DNA of 64,000 nucleotides from assembly GCF_031769215.1 (NCBI RefSeq), contig NW_026782110.1, positions 1 to 64,000 on the forward strand. Reading direction: 5' to 3'. The notes below the pieces were generated by a model that saw only the letters and a list, made by a program, of their open reading frames with translations, was not told the origin of the DNA and did not search any database. Shown in pieces: positions 1 through 19,597 of the stretch. Positions within the stretch are counted from its first letter, which is position 1; every line of letters starts with the position of its first letter. The position numbers were made by a program, and so were the translations under genes. The stretch comes from Ylistrum balloti. Taxonomy: Eukaryota.

Positions 1-669
1 AAGAAAACATGTCATTTCCTTGGTCAATTGTAAAGAACTTGATTACAACTCATCATTGACAATATCTATAAAATGTATAGGATGACAGTCTGTACATAAT
101 TACGCATTTAGTGTAGTAATTAACATTACAGTTCGACATTTCATTTCAGCAAACAAACACAACAAATATAACGGTAAACACACACGTGTACAACAAGATA
201 TGAAGTTAAACGTGTGCAACGGTTATTTACATATGTACTCTCTCTCTCCACATTGCATTGACATGTGTTTGTTATCTCTCATTCTTCCAACCCACTGTGT
301 ATACATCTATATATGTGTGGTAAAAATAATAACAATAATAATACTAATAACAATAAGTGTACTTCTGCTACTACTACAACAACAACTACTAGCACTTATG
401 ATGATGGTGATAATTATAATATTATTAATAATAATATTAACAACAACAAAGCTGTGATTAGGACAGTGTATATTTCATACGGTGCAGTGTGGAATGATTT
501 AGACATGTACAATTATTAATTTTTTGTTATCAACAGTGTTATAGTGCACCTCGAAGTGTAAGGCGTGTCTGATTTCTTTTTTTTGATTTGATTTGATATG
601 TGATTAGATTATAAAGCATGCGTAAGTTTTCGAGTGCTATCAAACAGGCACTTCTCGAGAAAAGTGGGT

Positions 670-685
670 GGCCCTGAAAAGGGCC
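670..685 (-). terminator. Histone 3' stem-loop of H2A (GGCCCTTTTCAGGGCC) with downstream element CGAGAAGT
   Basis: Canonical 16-nt hairpin followed by ACCCA. Second copy at 5618-5633. Confidence 0.97.
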
Positions 686-719
686 GTTTGTTTTTGGTGT
701 GAAGCTCCAGAAAGGCCGT

Positions 720-1352
<633 letters not shown>

Positions 1353-1727
1353 ATGGGCCCTAAACAAGTAGGTTCGAAAGGAGCAAAGAAGGCCGCCACT
1401 AAGGCAAAGGCCAGTCGTGGAACTGACAAGAAAAGGAGGAGGAAGAGGAGGGAATCCTACAGCATCTACATCTACAAGGTGTTGAAACAGGTGCACCCCG
1501 ACACCGGAGTGTCCAGCAAAGCCATGTCCATCATGAACAGCTTTGTCAACGACATCTTCGAGAGAATCGCCGCTGAGGCTTCCCGTCTGGCCCACTACAA
1601 CAAGAGGTCCACCATCACTAGTCGGGAAATCCAGACTGCTGTCCGTCTCCTTCTCCCCGGTGAATTGGCTAAGCACGCCGTCAGCGAAGGCACCAAGGCT
1701 GTCACCAAGTACACCAGTTCCAAGTAA
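1353..1727 (+). CDS. H2B: Histone H2B (124 aa)
   Basis: [26 protein letters not shown]...AVTKYTSSK; stem-loop at 1765-1780. Confidence 0.99.
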   Translation: MGPKQVGSKGAKKAATKAKASRGTDKKRRRKRRESYSIYIYKVLKQVHPDTGVSSKAMSIMNSFVNDIFERIAAEASRLAHYNKRSTITSREIQTAVRLLLPGELAKHAVSEGTKAVTKYTSSK

Positions 1728-1764
1728 ACTTGTAGCAAAGTTTACTACAACAAACCAACCAAAC

Positions 1765-1780
1765 GGCCCTTTTCAGGGCC
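1765..1780 (+). terminator. Histone 3' stem-loop of H2B with downstream CAAAAAGC
   Basis: AAAC-GGCCCTTTTCAGGGCC-ACCCA. Second copy at 6713-6728. Confidence 0.97.
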
Positions 1781-2694
1781 ACCCACATTCCTCAAAAAGC
1801 CCTGTGATCTCTCGAAAATTATACGCTTTGTCTGCGTAAGACTTGACTTGCTTCAGTGTGTGTCGTCGTGTGATTTGTTTGTAATATGTAAAAGAGAACT
1901 GCTATAGTAAGGAAACGAATGAGAAATATAATCATCATATAGCAATGAAATATATGAAAACATATCCGTCCAAATATCATGTGGAGTTGTTGGTAAGTTA
2001 GTGTTGATTGATTTACATTTAGATTAAAGTAAAGACGAAATAATACCACCTTGTAACATGGTTCCATGTGCATGTGTGTTTGATATGATATAATTTGGTA
2101 AAACCTTATTTCAAAACTACGAATGCATGTACTATAGCTCAATAACGAAATAGTGTATGGATTGATTATCTTTATTTTCATGTATTAATTGCAAACGATC
2201 TAAGATCAACCCATGTTCTGTGTATTTATGGAGAAGTGTGCATAAGTTTATAAGAATTAGGCCGTGTTTTATTTCAATGATAAAACACAGCCAAAATATT
2301 TACATATCAACTGAATCGAATTGAATCTGAATAGATATGATTATGGAATGGAATGGAATGGAATGGAATGGAAAGGAAAGAAAATAAAATGAAATTGATA
2401 GTTTGGTAAGTATTTGTTTTCTGTTGTATTTATTTGCTTGTAAGTGTCATTTCATAACAATGCAAACGTACTACAGTGAAGAGAAGGAAAGTACGTGAGG
2501 TATTGTATTATTGACATTCTGTTTCGTTGAACGTTTCTCAGTATACTATTGTTCCTTTATGAATGATAATGAACAACAGGAATCAGCGGGTTTGCATGCA
2601 AATGAAACCTAGGTAAGTCTTACTTGTTCTGCAAATAGAAATGAGTGGCGTATGTATTCGAGGCGTTATACAAATACTTTTTGGGTATTTTGGT

Positions 2695-2710
2695 GGCCCT
2701 AAAAAGGGCC
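2695..2710 (-). terminator. Histone 3' stem-loop of H4 (GGCCCTTTTTAGGGCC)
   Basis: Hairpin 35 nt after the H4 stop codon. Second copy at 7643-7658. Confidence 0.96.
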
Positions 2711-2745
2711 GTTTGAGTTGGTTGGCTGTTCTAGGTAGTCAGTGT

Positions 2746-3069
<324 letters not shown>

Positions 3070-3364
3070 CTAGCAGTGACTGAAAATGAACCGGTAGCGC
3101 AGATCACCCATGCTATATACAAATCTGGAGGCCGTGTGAGAAGACCTCTCCGCTTTTATAAGCGCGGTTTTCATTGGTCGAAAATAACTACACTCTCCTT
3201 AGCCGTGTTGTACGGGATAAAGCAGTGTGTACTTAACAGTATTTGTGAATAAAGTGCATACATATATCATGTCCCAAAACATTGTTAATCAATAATCAAA
3301 TGAGGATGAATTTAACGCTGTAAACCGATACTTACCGTCAACAAATAAAGCATCATAGTGTATA

Positions 3365-4070
3365 TTATTAGGTCTTTTCACCACATGGTGAAAAGACCTA
3401 TTTTTTTTGTTATGTTTCTTATTCTTATTCTTCTTATTATTATTGTTATTGTTGTTATCATTATTATATTGAATTAGCCAAGTAAATAATTGTGTATAAT
3501 ATCATGCATAACATGAATACATCCAAAATTCATTACGATCTCCAGTACCCAAAGCACGCGACCCACCCAATTTAATATATATTATATATACACATCCCCA
3601 AAAAACTAACACTCCGAGAAAAAAAAAATCACCCCCAAAAAATTTTCGCCTCGCTCCGCTCGGCGGGATATGCAAATCAAATCAAAACAACAACAAAACA
3701 AACCAAAACCACAACACCTACCCACCCCCTTTTTTTTTTATTACTTTTTTTTTTTTGTTTCTTTGTTTTTTTTTTTTTAAACCTAACCCTTTTTTTTTTA
3801 AACATTAAACACAACCACAAAAAAAACAAAACAAAAAACTCAAAATAACCAAAACAAACAAAAACAACAAAACACACAATTACAAACATTAAATACATTC
3901 TAAAACAAACAACACCAATTACAAAAACCAACAAACAACACCAAATTAACACTCAATAGCCAAACCTTGAAAAACATACCCTACCATTTCAAATAATCAT
4001 CTCATTTTATTACCACAATCCTATCTATTCAAGCATTTATTTCATGCTTGCTAAAAACACCACCGTAATA
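3365..4070 (+). mobile_element. Helentron-associated (HINE/DINE-like) non-autonomous element in the H4-H3 spacer; second copy ~8313-8880
   Basis: Perfect 15-bp hairpin TAGGTCTTTTCACCA-ca-TGGTGAAAAGACCTA (3369-3400) followed by a TTC/ATT microsatellite. A degenerate distal copy of the arm lies at 4049-4061. Confidence 0.55.
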
Positions 4071-4160
4071 ATCATTTCATAATCATTTCATAATCATGTC
4101 TATTAACAATTCAAATTGCGTATTATCGAGCAATTAATGGGACTTTTTGTGAGATGTGGT

Positions 4161-4176
4161 GGCCCTGAAAAGGGCC
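4161..4176 (-). terminator. Histone 3' stem-loop of H3 with downstream CAAAAAGT
   Basis: Canonical hairpin. Second copy at 8960-8975. Confidence 0.97.
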
Positions 4177-4207
4177 GTTTTGGTATGTGGGCTACAAAGT
4201 GTACAGC

Positions 4208-4820
<613 letters not shown>

Positions 4821-5667
4821 GTTGTCTTGAAACCGTGTCAAGAAAACATGTCATTTCCTCGATCAATTGTAAAGAACTTGATTACAACTCATCATTGACA
4901 ATATCTATAACATGCATAGGATGACAGTCTGTACATAATTACGCATTTAGTGTAGTAATTAACATTACAGTTCGACATTTCATTTCAGCAAACAAACACA
5001 ACAAATATAACGGTAAACACACACGTGTACAACAAGATATGAAGTTAAACGTGTGCAACGGTTATTTACATATGTACTCTCTCTCTCCACATTGCATTGA
5101 CATGGCTCAAAATCTTAAATACTTCCAATTACTGTGCTTTGTTTCTTTTGTTTTTGTTTAGTTGTTTTTGTGTAACGTCTTACATAAACACGATAAGTGA
5201 CCTCTCCGCTGTGTTTGTTATCTCTCATTCTTCCAACCCACTGTGTATACATCTATATATGTGTGGTAAAAATAATAACAATAATAATACTAATAACAAT
5301 AAGTGTACTTCTGCTGCTACTACTACAACAACAACTACTAGCACTTATGATGATGGTGATAATTATAATATTATTAATAATAATATTAACAACAACAAAG
5401 CTGTGATTAGGACAGTGTATATTTCATACGGTGCAGTGTGGAATGATTTAGACATGTACAATTATTAATTTTTGTTATCAACAGTGTTATAGTGCACCTC
5501 GAAGTGTAAGGCGTGTCTGATTTCTTTTTTTTGATTTGATTTGATATGTGATTAGATTATAAAGCATGCGTAAGTTTTCGAGTGCTATCAAACAGGCACT
5601 TCTCGAGAAAAGTGGGTGGCCCTGAAAAGGGCCGTTTGTTTTTGGTGTGAAGCTCCAGAAAGGCCGT

Positions 5668-6063
<396 letters not shown>

Positions 6064-6300
6064 TTACTGTCAACAGTGTTAAGCAGAATGAGAGGTCGGC
6101 CACATCATGAAGCGTTATATACCCCAAGGTAGGATCGAAATTGCAACGAGCGTAAAGTAGGGGGTGTTTTCAGTGAACGTGTAAGGTTCGAGTGATTTGG
6201 GCATTACAAGACTCGATCCTACCTGAGAGGGCGATGGTATATAAGAGGGGTTTGTGGTGGGCTGTGTGTTATTCGTATCGGCACTCGTCGTACTAGCAAC

Positions 6301-6675
6301 ATGGGCCCTAAACAAGTAGGTTCGAAAGGAGCAAAGAAGGCCGCCACTAAGGCAAAGGCCAGTCGTGGAACTGACAAGAAAAGGAGGAGGAAGAGGAGGG
6401 AATCCTACAGCATCTACATCTACAAGGTGTTGAAACAGGTGCACCCCGACACCGGAGTGTCCAGCAAAGCCATGTCCATCATGAACAGCTTTGTCAACGA
6501 CATCTTCGAGAGAATCGCCGCTGAGGCTTCCCGTCTGGCCCACTACAACAAGAGGTCCACCATCACTAGTCGGGAAATCCAGACTGCTGTCCGTCTCCTT
6601 CTCCCCGGTGAATTGGCTAAGCACGCCGTCAGCGAAGGCACCAAGGCTGTCACCAAGTACACCAGTTCCAAGTAA
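6301..6675 (+). CDS. H2B: Histone H2B, unit 2
   Basis: Protein identical to unit 1. Confidence 0.99.
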   Translation: MGPKQVGSKGAKKAATKAKASRGTDKKRRRKRRESYSIYIYKVLKQVHPDTGVSSKAMSIMNSFVNDIFERIAAEASRLAHYNKRSTITSREIQTAVRLLLPGELAKHAVSEGTKAVTKYTSSK

Positions 6676-7693
6676 ACTTGTAGCAAAGTTTACTACAACA
6701 AACCAACCAAACGGCCCTTTTCAGGGCCACCCACATTCCTCAAAAAGCCCTGTGATCTCTCGAAAATTATACGCTTTGTCTGCGTAAGACTTGACTTGCT
6801 TCAGTGTGTGTCGTCGTGTGATTTGTTTGTAATATGTAAAAGAGAACTGCTATAGTAAGGAAACGAATGAGAAATATAATCATCATATAGCAATGAAATA
6901 TATGAAAACATATCCGTCCAAATATCATGTGGAGTTGTTGGTAAGTTAGTGTTGATTGATTTACATTTAGATTAAAGTAAAGACGAAATAATACCACCTT
7001 GTAACATGGTTCCATGTGCATGTGTGTTTGATATGATATAATTTGGTAAAACCTTATTTCAAAACTACGAATGCATGTACTATAGCTCAATAACGAAATA
7101 GTGTATGGATTGATTATCTTTATTTTCATGTATTAATTGCAAACGATCTAAGATCAACCCATGTTCTGTGTATTTATGGAGAAGTGTGCATAAGTTTATA
7201 AGAATTAGGCCGTGTTTTATTTCAATGATAAAACACAGCCAAAATATTTACATATCAACTGAATCGAATTGAATCTGAATAGATATGATTATGGAATGGA
7301 ATGGAATGGAATGGAATGGAAAGGAAAGAAAATAAAATGAAATTGATAGTTTGGTAAGTATTTGTTTTCTGTTGTATTTATTTGCTTGTAAGTGTCATTT
7401 CATAACAATGCAAACGTACTACAGTGAAGAGAAGGAAAGTACGTGAGGTATTGTATTATTGACATTCTGTTTCGTTGAACGTTTCTCAGTATACTATTGT
7501 TCCTTTATGAATGATAATGAACAACAGGAATCAGCGGGTTTGCATGCAAATGAAACCTAGGTAAGTCTTACTTGTTCTGCAAATAGAAATGAGTGGCGTA
7601 TGTATTCGAGGCGTTATACAAATACTTTTTGGGTATTTTGGTGGCCCTAAAAAGGGCCGTTTGAGTTGGTTGGCTGTTCTAGGTAGTCAGTGT

Positions 7694-8017
<324 letters not shown>

Positions 8018-9006
8018 CTAGCAGTGACTGAAAATGAACCGGTAGCGCAGATCACCCATGCTATATACAAATCTGGAGGCCGTGTGAGAAGACCTCTCCG
8101 CTTTTATAAGCGCGGTTTTCATTGGTCGAAAATAACTACACTCTCCTTAGCCGTGTTGTACGGGATAAAGCAGTGTGTACTTAACAGTATTTGTGAATAA
8201 AGTGCATACATATATCATGTCCCAAAACATTGTTAATCAATAATCAAATGAGGATGAATTTAACGCTGTAAACCGATACTTACCGTCAACAAATAAAGCA
8301 TCATAGTGTATATTATTAGGTCTTTTCACCACATGGTGAAAAGACCTATTTTTTTTGTTATGTTTCTTATTCTTATTCTTCTTATTATTATTGTTATTGT
8401 TGTTATCATTATTATATTGAATTAGCCAAGTAAATAATTGTGTATAATATCATGCATAACATGAATACATCCAAAATTCATTACGATCTCCAGTACCCAA
8501 AGCACGCGACCCACCCAATTTAATATATATTATATCCCCTTTTTTTTTTATTACTTTTTTTTTTTTGTTTCTTTGTTTTTTTTTTTTTAAACCTAACCCT
8601 TTTTTTTTTAAACATTAAACACAACCACAAAAAAAACAAAACAAAAAACTCAAAATAACCAAAACAAACAAAAACAACAAAACACACAATTACAAACATT
8701 AAATACATTCTAAAACAAACAACACCAATTACAAAAACCAACAAACAACACCAAATTAACACTCAATAGCCAAACCTTGAAAAACATACCCTACCATTTC
8801 AAATAATCATCTCATTTTATTACCACAATCCTATCTATTCAAGCATTTATTTCATGCTTGCTAAAAACACCACCGTAATAATCATTTCATAATCATGTCT
8901 ATTAACAATTCAAATTGCGTATTATCGAGCAATTAATGGGACTTTTTGTGAGATGTGGTGGCCCTGAAAAGGGCCGTTTTGGTATGTGGGCTACAAAGTG
9001 TACAGC

Positions 9007-12490
<3,484 letters not shown>

Positions 12491-12507
12491 CTGCTCTTCG
12501 AATTCCT

Positions 12508-14385
12508 AAGATTCAAGATTCAAAAAACTTTATTTAGTGTCGCATATATATAACAGAGACAACATTAGCGCTGTAGCACTATTTCTGCGACAAACAATAT
12601 AAAAAACAGAACATGACAAGTAAACAAATGGGACATAAGAATTAGAGACATATATCACAGCAGACTAGCATGCAAAATTAGCAAAACATAAGACTGACAT
12701 GATAACTCAGTAGTATATAATAGTTATCACAGAGAGGAGAACAATAAAAGTGAGATTTACGTAACATAATATAGAAAACTAGAATATCACTCAAGTATTT
12801 CTACATATATATATACTAGTAAAACACCAAAGGAGGTGTAGCATACATACATGCTAATATAGCAAAGTGTAAAAATTGACATAATATACACTAATATAGT
12901 GTAAGCTAAAACTACTGAGAAACGATGAAAATAAAATTATGACTAGGAAATTAACGTCAGAACTAGTACTGCTGGTTATACAAAGTAAAAATTCCCATGC
13001 AACAGATTAAATGAAAATACAGATGGGTAGCAAATAATAAATAAAAGTCAAATAATAAGATACACACACATATATAAAAAGCCAGGCAGGATAATGTAGC
13101 AAAACTACAAAACTAAATGACACATAAAGCATACCTAAGCACAGGAACAAATACTACAATAACACACGGGGCCATCCCAGGTACGCAGCAGCCTGGTAAA
13201 CTCTGGATAGTTATCCACCTTCCTGAAATGGTTTGGCAGGCTGTTCCATACCCGGACTGCCTCGTAGCGAAATGAACTCATACCTGGTTGTCCTGACCCT
13301 CGGTATCTCCAGCTGTCTTTCGCTCCTGAGGTTATAAAAAGATTTCAATGTAAAAGGTTGCACAGGTAATCAGGAGCTAAATTTGTAACAATCTTAAAAA
13401 CTTCACAAGCCATTGCTTTCTTTCTACTAGTATGTAAATAAGACAAATTTAGTTTCTCTTAAGTTCTGAAATAGGAGTAGTAAAATCATCCTCTATAAAA
13501 CGAACTGCCCTTTATTGAATCTTCTCCATCTTCCTGGTGGAGTTAAAACTACAAAAATGCCAGGCTAGGGGACAATAATTAAAATTTGAGAGAATAAAAG
13601 ATTTGAAAATTAAAATTTTCCCCTGCTTGCTAAAATCACGGCCAATCCTTTTCAATGCACATAACTGCTTCGAGGCTTTTTCACAGATATTGGACACATG
13701 TAAATCAAATTTCAAATTAAAATCAATGTCTACACCTAAAAGCTTCACAAAATCCTCACACTTAATAACATGGTCCATAAAAGTAAAGGAGTCAATAATG
13801 TTGTGTGCCTTTTTACCAATGGATATAGCCTGAAATTTGTCAGGATTGGTCTTCATACCATTCTCATTAAACCAGTTTATTAAAATATTGCTCTCTTGTT
13901 CTAGTACATTCCTTATGCGGACAGGGTCAGAGTCAATATGGGAAAGAGTATTATCGTCCACATAGTTGTACAGAGTACCCTCCTTTACATGGTAAAATAT
14001 ATCATTTATAAAAATATCCAAAATTAGAGGCCCAAGAATAGAGCCCTGGGGTACTCCCCTCTCCAACTGCTCCCAGTCAGAGACACTGGACCCCAGTCTA
14101 GTCTGCTGGAATCTGCCCCTGAGATAGCTGCTAATGAGACTGACAGCAGTCTCATCCAACCCATAGGCAGTCAGCTTCTCGAGAAGCAGTCCATGAGGGA
14201 TGCAGTCAAAGGCCTTGGAGAGATCCATGAGTATAGCACCAACAAACTTGTTCTCATCCAGGGCCCTCCGCCAATCCTCAAGGAGTCGCAGCAGGGTAGA
14301 CTGACATCCGTATCCCCTCCTGAAAGCAGAAAGAAAGGGATCAAATACATGGTTAAAAAATTCATACAAATGATCATGAGAAGAA
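12508..14385 (-). mobile_element. 5'-truncated, degraded CR1/L2-group LINE
   Basis: RT motifs MDLSKAFD, GVPQGSILGP, YVDD and LLGVDID. A nonsense codon at 13512-13514 and frameshifts precede the C-terminus at ~13136. The tail reads AATAAA...(TTGAATC)2. Confidence 0.9.
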
Positions 14386-17300
14386 ATAAGAAAAATTAAC
14401 TACTTGGACAAAATATAAAAGGTAAACAGAGAGGTCGAAGGGAGACTACTCTCAAACATCAGAAACCTACACAACATTATGCACAGATAAGATCTCCAGG
14501 ATACCTAGGGAGACTGTACCAGAGAGGGTTGCTACTGACTCTCTCATCATGAGGTATGTGGTGTCCTCCCAACAGCTTTCGAATTTGTGAAATAATCTGA
14601 AACAGTACAAATAGATCAAACAACACACACGAGTAAACACGCTCCTTCAAGCATTTGTTAAAACAAACGACTAGATAGGAAGAAAATACACAAACAAAGC
14701 CCACATTTAAGAGCCTACGCTGAGTAAAGATCAAACATAACAGGAACCTCCGGGTACAACGGCCATGTCTGGTTTACAGTCGGATTCGGGTCTTGTACCC
14801 TGGCTTGTAGCATATTGAACTCTGCTAGGTAGAACAATAGGGATGAACAGTTCTCGATAACTAACATACAGAACTGTTTATTTAACACTGGCTATAAGGT
14901 CTAAAACTCGAAATGTAAAAATTCACACAATTAAGCTCAACACACAACCATACATACAATACGAGACAACGCACAACATATACAAACCAAATAAACAATA
15001 TACAATACCTTCCTTCCTTCATCCCCCTCCTCCTCCCCGTCCAATCGCTACCCCTCCTTTGATCCCATCTCATACCCTATATAAATAGTATTTCTGTACA
15101 AACTGCGGGTTGTATATAACAGTATATAGTTTAGAATAGACAACTTCGTCCCTCTCTATCTATGTACAAATGTAACTACTTAGAATTAACACACTACTTC
15201 TACTAAACACATAGACTACCCATGCATGGACATTATTTTAGCTAACAGTCACCTACAAACACTCGTTTGATGCATGCGGGCATAGAATTTCACAAACAAA
15301 TCACCGTTCCATTTTGAGTGTCGCATTGTCTCCGTTTTCTATCCATTCAACATCGATGACGAAATGGGCAAGAGATTAAGTGGAATGTTAAATATATATA
15401 TGTGTGTGTGTATCTTCATAAACAAACATTTATAGCTGTTACTGTTCGCTATCATTTATAAAAAAAATTCCTAATATTAAAAAAATTAACGACACTAAAC
15501 ATTGTTCGTGGTTTTCAAAGTGTACAGGTGTCTGCACTACCCAATATCCAATATATATCTGTCTGGTGGGCCAGAGGAAGACCGTTCTTCACAATGATTA
15601 ATGCTCCGACATCGTCAGTCGAGGCGGTGTTGTGCATATTGATATTTCAATCTCTACATAGTCAGACAGTACCGGGTGAACCGCGATTATTATGATACCC
15701 CGTCAACCAACCGTGGGTATTTAATGAGTTTTGTCTGGCAGTATAACTGTCATAGGGGTGAATTGACCAATCACTGCTTACTGGTAAGAAAAAGATTTAC
15801 AAAGATAGCATCTAGTATACCTATAACACGATTTGGATCCCCAGAAATTGTGAGCGGGACTTGTGCACGAGAACACGTGGTGTTATAAGGCACACCGGAA
15901 CGACAATTTTTTACTTTGTTTACTATTATCAGTTTGTACTATTGGGAGATGATTAGCATTTGAGCTGAAAAAAAATAACAGAACGTGTGTGTTTTAAATG
16001 CGCCTCGTCGCACAATTGGAGGTACAGCTGATCTAAGCAAAATATCTACCAGTAAAACATTCAAAATTTGACCCTGATTTTTGACCTGACGGCTTTGACC
16101 TACAGTCATGAGACTTTTTCAAGATAATCTGATTCTGGTGAGATTTTCTTGATGACATAACAAAATATTTGCTAATAGTATAGCTAAAACGGTTCAACAA
16201 TGATACCTTGACATTTGACCCGCTGACTCGACTATACTCATTCAGCTTCTCATTTGATTTTAGTTTGTAGTTTGTGTTAACCTCCCATTCGATTTCAGCC
16301 AGCTATTTAGCAGCGCGACATTAGAAAAATATTTTCAAAATATTCTATTTATAGTATTTATTGTTTTTCATCTTCTATCGTTAAGAAGACACGACATCAA
16401 CGACAACAGTATTGACTATATGCCCTAGTATTAAAAAAGCGAAATTGCTTTTCCCTTTGTTATTTGTATTTGTTTTGTATCAAATATACATGATAAGAAG
16501 TTATATGGTATTTTCAGTAATGAGAAAAATAGTACAAAAATTGTTAACAGACTTGATGTAGATCAAGTTCGTTTATTTTCACAAATTTTGCCAAGTTTCA
16601 TCCCATCAGCTTAAATGTCAAATAGTTTATTGGCGTTTTTGTAAATCAATGTTAACCAGAAGAAGTTACGTGACATTTTGACCTTGTGACCTTGAATTAG
16701 GATATTATTCTCAAACTTTGTCAATTGTAGTTTAAGCATCATTTATTCTATTCAATATTTTAACATTATTAAACTTACGATGCCAGGCGCCCAATAGACT
16801 TGCTTTGTTCAACTTGTATTCAATGTTCATCAAACAAACAATCAATGTTCATCATACATACAATCAATGTTCATCACACATACAATCAATGTACATATAT
16901 GTATAAGGGTCACCTGTTCGTTAACGTAATGTTTAGAATTAAAATATATGTAAATTCCTCTGTATGGCATATAGATAAGTACACGTGTACCTAAAAAGGA
17001 CGAGAACCAGAGAAAGGACCACACGGAATGTCATATTATATTGACCAACAAATAGACGATGTCAGTAGAATTAGTAACTAGTGAGTACCGTGTTCCTATG
17101 TAAATGTCATTTTTATTTCAGAATCATACGTATCTTGAATCAATCAGCGTATCAACCGAATTACACTCTATCCACCCTGTTGTCACTTCTTTCATCTTTC
17201 ATTTGCTTTGGTCTTTTTTCTCCTCCTTGCTGCTTTATTTTCTTTAATTCACATATCACAATTTCCTTGATAAATCATAAATGTACAATCACTATCATTA

Positions 17301-17459
17301 AAACTTGTACATGTTATTTGTGGAGAGGGTTTCTATGAATTATTACCTTTACATGTGATTTAACAATATGTAACTTGTGCCCAATCCGGATACAAGAAAA
17401 GATCTGTATTTCATAATTAATCAACTAGCTGTCAGTAAGGGTCAATAGTCATTAGTATA

Positions 17460-17960
17460 CTTACTTATGTTTACTGATCTTGTATTCGCCTTCATGGTAG
17501 GCTGGACCACTAGATGGCTCTTCCATAGTTTGTCAAGTCTGTTTTCAAATTCATGTGGATTTGACGATCTGACAGACTGTTCCCGATATATTGACTACTC
17601 TAAAGGTGAAACTGTACTTCCGTAAGTCTTTCTTGCAATTTCAATTAATTACCGTATTGTCGTTCAGTTGCAACAGATCAGATGTTACCCTTTTGTTGTA
17701 TTTCTCACTTAGTAGTATCATAGTATTATAAAAACCTCTATTATACCCCCCCCCCCCCCGATCCTTCTAAACTTCAAAGAGGATATATATTCAGTCTTTG
17801 TAGTCTTTCTTCATATCCAATGTTTTTTCATATTGGGTAGCATTCTGGTTACACGCCTTTGCACATTTTTAATTGATTTTATGTCTTTCTTATAGGGTGA
17901 CCACACTGAGCTGGCATGCTCCAAGTGGGGTCGAACGAACACATATACATATCCGGAAAT
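17460..17960 (-). mobile_element. Degraded CR1 LINE 3' fragment
   Basis: VRPHLEHASSVWSPY...VQRRVTRML and KDLRKYSFTFRVVN...FENRLDKLW remnants. Confidence 0.8.
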
Positions 17961-19170
17961 GTTGTCCGCAACCTGTGTTTCGGGTCGAATTTTACTGTTG
18001 TAGACACTTATTCCGGTTGAAAAAAAGCTGACGTTCGTGAATATATATCGTTGTTTAGCGTACATGCAGAGAGAAGAAATATTGGTGTTTTCTGCGAAAT
18101 ATTGATAGGTTTGTATAAACTTAATGTGATTATTTCATCAAGCAATCGATGAAGGAGTGAGAAGAGAGTTTGGTTACAATTAAACAAGTGAGAGAACGGA
18201 AACATCACACCGGTCAGACGATAATCGTTATTATATAAGGCACATCAGATGAAATACTTGTGCAAATAAAACCTATTGATTCATATCAAGAAATGTATCC
18301 AGATATTGAAAGAAAGAAATATCTATCATTGATCAAATCCATATGTTAAGTAATCAAGGGCAATCAATTATATGCAAAGTTAAAGTATAACAAAGTAAGG
18401 GAGACCACCCAATTCCAACACTACCTTCATTTACATACATTCGATTAGCATAATCTCATGTTCTATGTCAAAAAGAATAAAAGAATAATTATCATAATGA
18501 AATGAATATTTTTAAGGTATATCTCACATCATTCTTAATTACCATGGTATTATTGAGTTATGCAATTTAAAGAATCACGTGTTAGATCTATCTTTACAAA
18601 AATCCAACATTTTATTGAAAATTGCCTACATTAATTACAAGCAGAAACATTGGTTAAATTTTAAGTAACAGTGTAAAATGTAAACAATTATTTTTGAAGG
18701 TATAGTGAAATAATTATAAAACCTCTTGATAGGTTAATATATCAATTTGAAAATCTTTCGAATATTACACCATACTACAGAGTACAATTTCCATTGTAGA
18801 CTTTCTTTGCCCTCACTTTTCAATTTAAAAAAGTAGAGGAAAAGTACTGGTAATCAGCAATGTTACTTCCTTGTATTGCAAACATTTATGAGTTTATACA
18901 AGTTTTCAGATCACATTGCATATACACATTACTGGGATGTGAGGCGTTAAACCTTCAATTGAAACAGGGTGGTTTGCAATATGATGTCACTCAAAAGATA
19001 AATGTTAGATACATCTTTTTTCCCTGGTCTAAGTATCCATGATCCATGTCATGTGTTATGACCAAAATTGACCTCTCCAGATGTGTAGTACATGTAGTAA
19101 TTACCAATCTAATGATAGGTGATATGTCTAGCCTTGTCCAAATGAATGGCCTGATATTTTTTCTCCATTT

Positions 19171-19597
19171 TTATTGGCCGGGTTGCACATAGTGCAAATC
19201 CAGGTTATAGTATGGTAAATATCAAGGGGGCAGGCGGGAAAAGGGATACCAGTTTTGTAGAATCAACTCCTCCTAGAGTTTTTGATGTAGAAGCTTGAAA
19301 CTTTGTAGGATGTTTATGTATATGTTGAAGATGTGCACCTCCTATTATGGATTCATTCTGGACATTTTTCTGGATTTCCCAGGCTTTGGAACCAAGTCAT
19401 TTTCTGGAACTTTTCTTGTTATCACAGTTTCTCAGAAACTACTACAAACTGCACCAATTTGTAAAATACAACCAAACTTTCTCTCTTATAATAAATATTC
19501 TACATACTCAACAAATGAAACACCCTTAACTGTCTTATAAATACCATATAACAATGCACTCATCCCACAACCCGGCCAATTGTGGCTTTGCCTCATT
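19171..19597 (+). mobile_element. Helentron-associated non-autonomous element (HINE-like)
   Basis: 13-bp subterminal inverted repeats ATTGGCCGGGTTG (19173-19185) and CAACCCGGCCAAT (19568-19580), a 5' hairpin TTGCAC-ata-GTGCAA, and T-rich flanks. Confidence 0.7.

Noticed and set aside
2344-2375. (GGAAT)n run as a telomeric or centromeric signal
   Set aside because: Only about six copies; an ordinary spacer microsatellite.
14700-14880. Possible self-cleaving ribozyme upstream of the CR1/L2 element
   Set aside because: Hairpins are present, but I could not fit an HDV-like or hammerhead core.
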